Source of the DNA: the human T2T-CHM13v2.0 reference genome, Homo sapiens
Length of the DNA stretch: 64,000 nucleotides
Assembly (NCBI RefSeq): GCF_009914755.1
Contig: NC_060936.1
Strand: one strand, 5' to 3'
The translations under genes were made by a program, and so were the position numbers. Positions 61,290 through 64,000 of this stretch are shown here, one piece after another. Under the pieces are notes generated by a model. That model was not told where the DNA came from, searched no databases, and saw nothing but the letters and a program-made list of their open reading frames with translations. Numbering within the stretch: position 1 is the stretch's first letter; the number at the start of each line of letters is the position of its first letter.

Positions 61290-61682
61290 AGAAGGTTAAG
61301 GCATTCTAAGTCACAGGATGGGATAGGAGGTAGGCACAAGATACAGGTCATAAAGACCTTGCTGATAAAACAGGTTGCAGTAAAGAAGCCGGCCAAAACC
61401 CACCAAAACCAAGATGGCAATGAGAATGACCTCTGGTCGTCCTCACTGCTATACTCCCACCAATGCCATGACAGTTTACAGATGCCACGGCAACATCAGG
61501 AAGTTACCCTATATGGTCTAAAAAGGGGAAGCATGAATAATAGACCCTTTGTTTAGCATATCATCAAGAAATAACCATAAAACTGGGCAACCAGCAACCC
61601 CCCGGGGCTGCTCTGTCTGTGGAGTAGCCATTCTTTTATGCCTTTACTTTCTTAATAAACTTGCTTTCACTTAAAAAAAAAA
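61290..61682 (+). mobile_element. MER41A-like ERV1 LTR fragment (U3-R only) ending in poly(A)
   Basis: GGTTAAGGCATTCTAAGTCACAGGATG..GACCTCTGGTCGTCCTCACTGCTA..AATAAACTTGCTTTCACTT followed by A10. Confidence 0.85.
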
Positions 61683-61845
61683 TTAAACATTTACATTTGT
61701 ATAAAGTACTTTCACATACCTAACCAAATTCAATTATTTTAACAACCCAGTAAGGCAGGAAAATCAGTTATTATTATTCTGATTTTTATGAGTGTCATCT
61801 GACTCCTAGGATAGCAGCATGTTTCCCAGTATACCAGTACTTCTA

Positions 61846-62611
<766 letters not shown>

Positions 62612-62779
62612 GCCAACCTTCTAGGGTAGATTTTGTAAAAACCAAATTATGGACATCCTAAGTTCTCAGATGTACAAATGAGTTACAGCTCTAAGTTGCA
62701 TCTCTTCAATTTTATTTCTTGAAACAACTGCCCTCCTCCCTGCAAATCTACCCTCCCTTCTTGGCTCAAATGGTGGTTT

Positions 62780-63237
<458 letters not shown>

Positions 63238-63257
63238 TAGCTTAAGACCTTAATGTT

Positions 63258-63585
<328 letters not shown>

Positions 63586-64000
63586 ACAGACCTTAATGTT
63601 TTCTAACAAGGTGGTTTTGATATTTGGTGAGCTATGTATAGACTCTTCTGAAATGTGAAATATGTATGTCTTCAAACATATAAACAAGGTAAGTTCTTCA
63701 CACACTATGAAGCTTCATAAAAGGTTCCATTTAAATTTGTATCTTGGCAAAATTATTGAACTTGGGGAGTATCCCTAAACTGTTAAATCAGCAATATTAC
63801 ATCTGTTCCAAACTGGTATCTCATTTTTCTTGGAGTTCACAGAAAACAAAAAATAAGGCAACATAAAAATTATCCAGAGTTTTGCTTGGACAGATTTCTA
63901 TTATCTGCCCATTTAATATATAATATCTATTTGATATAATTTATTAAATGTTTATAATCATCCTTCTATTATATAAATAGGTTTACCACATCTGCTTGGT

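Overview
Human-type (primate) genomic DNA, almost entirely intronic. The window lies inside the 5' part of the STE20-family kinase gene TAOK3 on the minus strand. It holds two exons: a 105-nt non-coding exon (20025-19921) and a 208-nt exon (8921-8714) that carries the start codon and the first 40 codons ([40 protein letters not shown]). The window opens in the 3' end of an intact-frame processed RPS2 retrocopy on the + strand (probably RPS2P5). The rest is repeat-dominated: about 70 Alu/FLAM copies (roughly 30% of the window), old L1, L2 and MIR fragments, MER3/MER5A/Charlie DNA transposons, and MER4A1, MLT1 and MER41A LTR sequences. Nearly all ORFs in the supplied track are repeat-derived noise, and the track misses both real coding-type segments. 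I found no convincing new multi-gene system. The most interesting signals are: (i) a spliced 5' leader whose three upstream ATGs are all in frame with the TAOK3 ORF, (ii) inverted Alus tightly bracketing both exons (circRNA/editing candidates), (iii) a MER41A LTR that looks L1-retroposed as a polyadenylated RNA, and (iv) a shuffled Alu carrying a templated insertion copied from about 740 bp away. Repeat boundaries and subfamily names were set by eye and are approximate.
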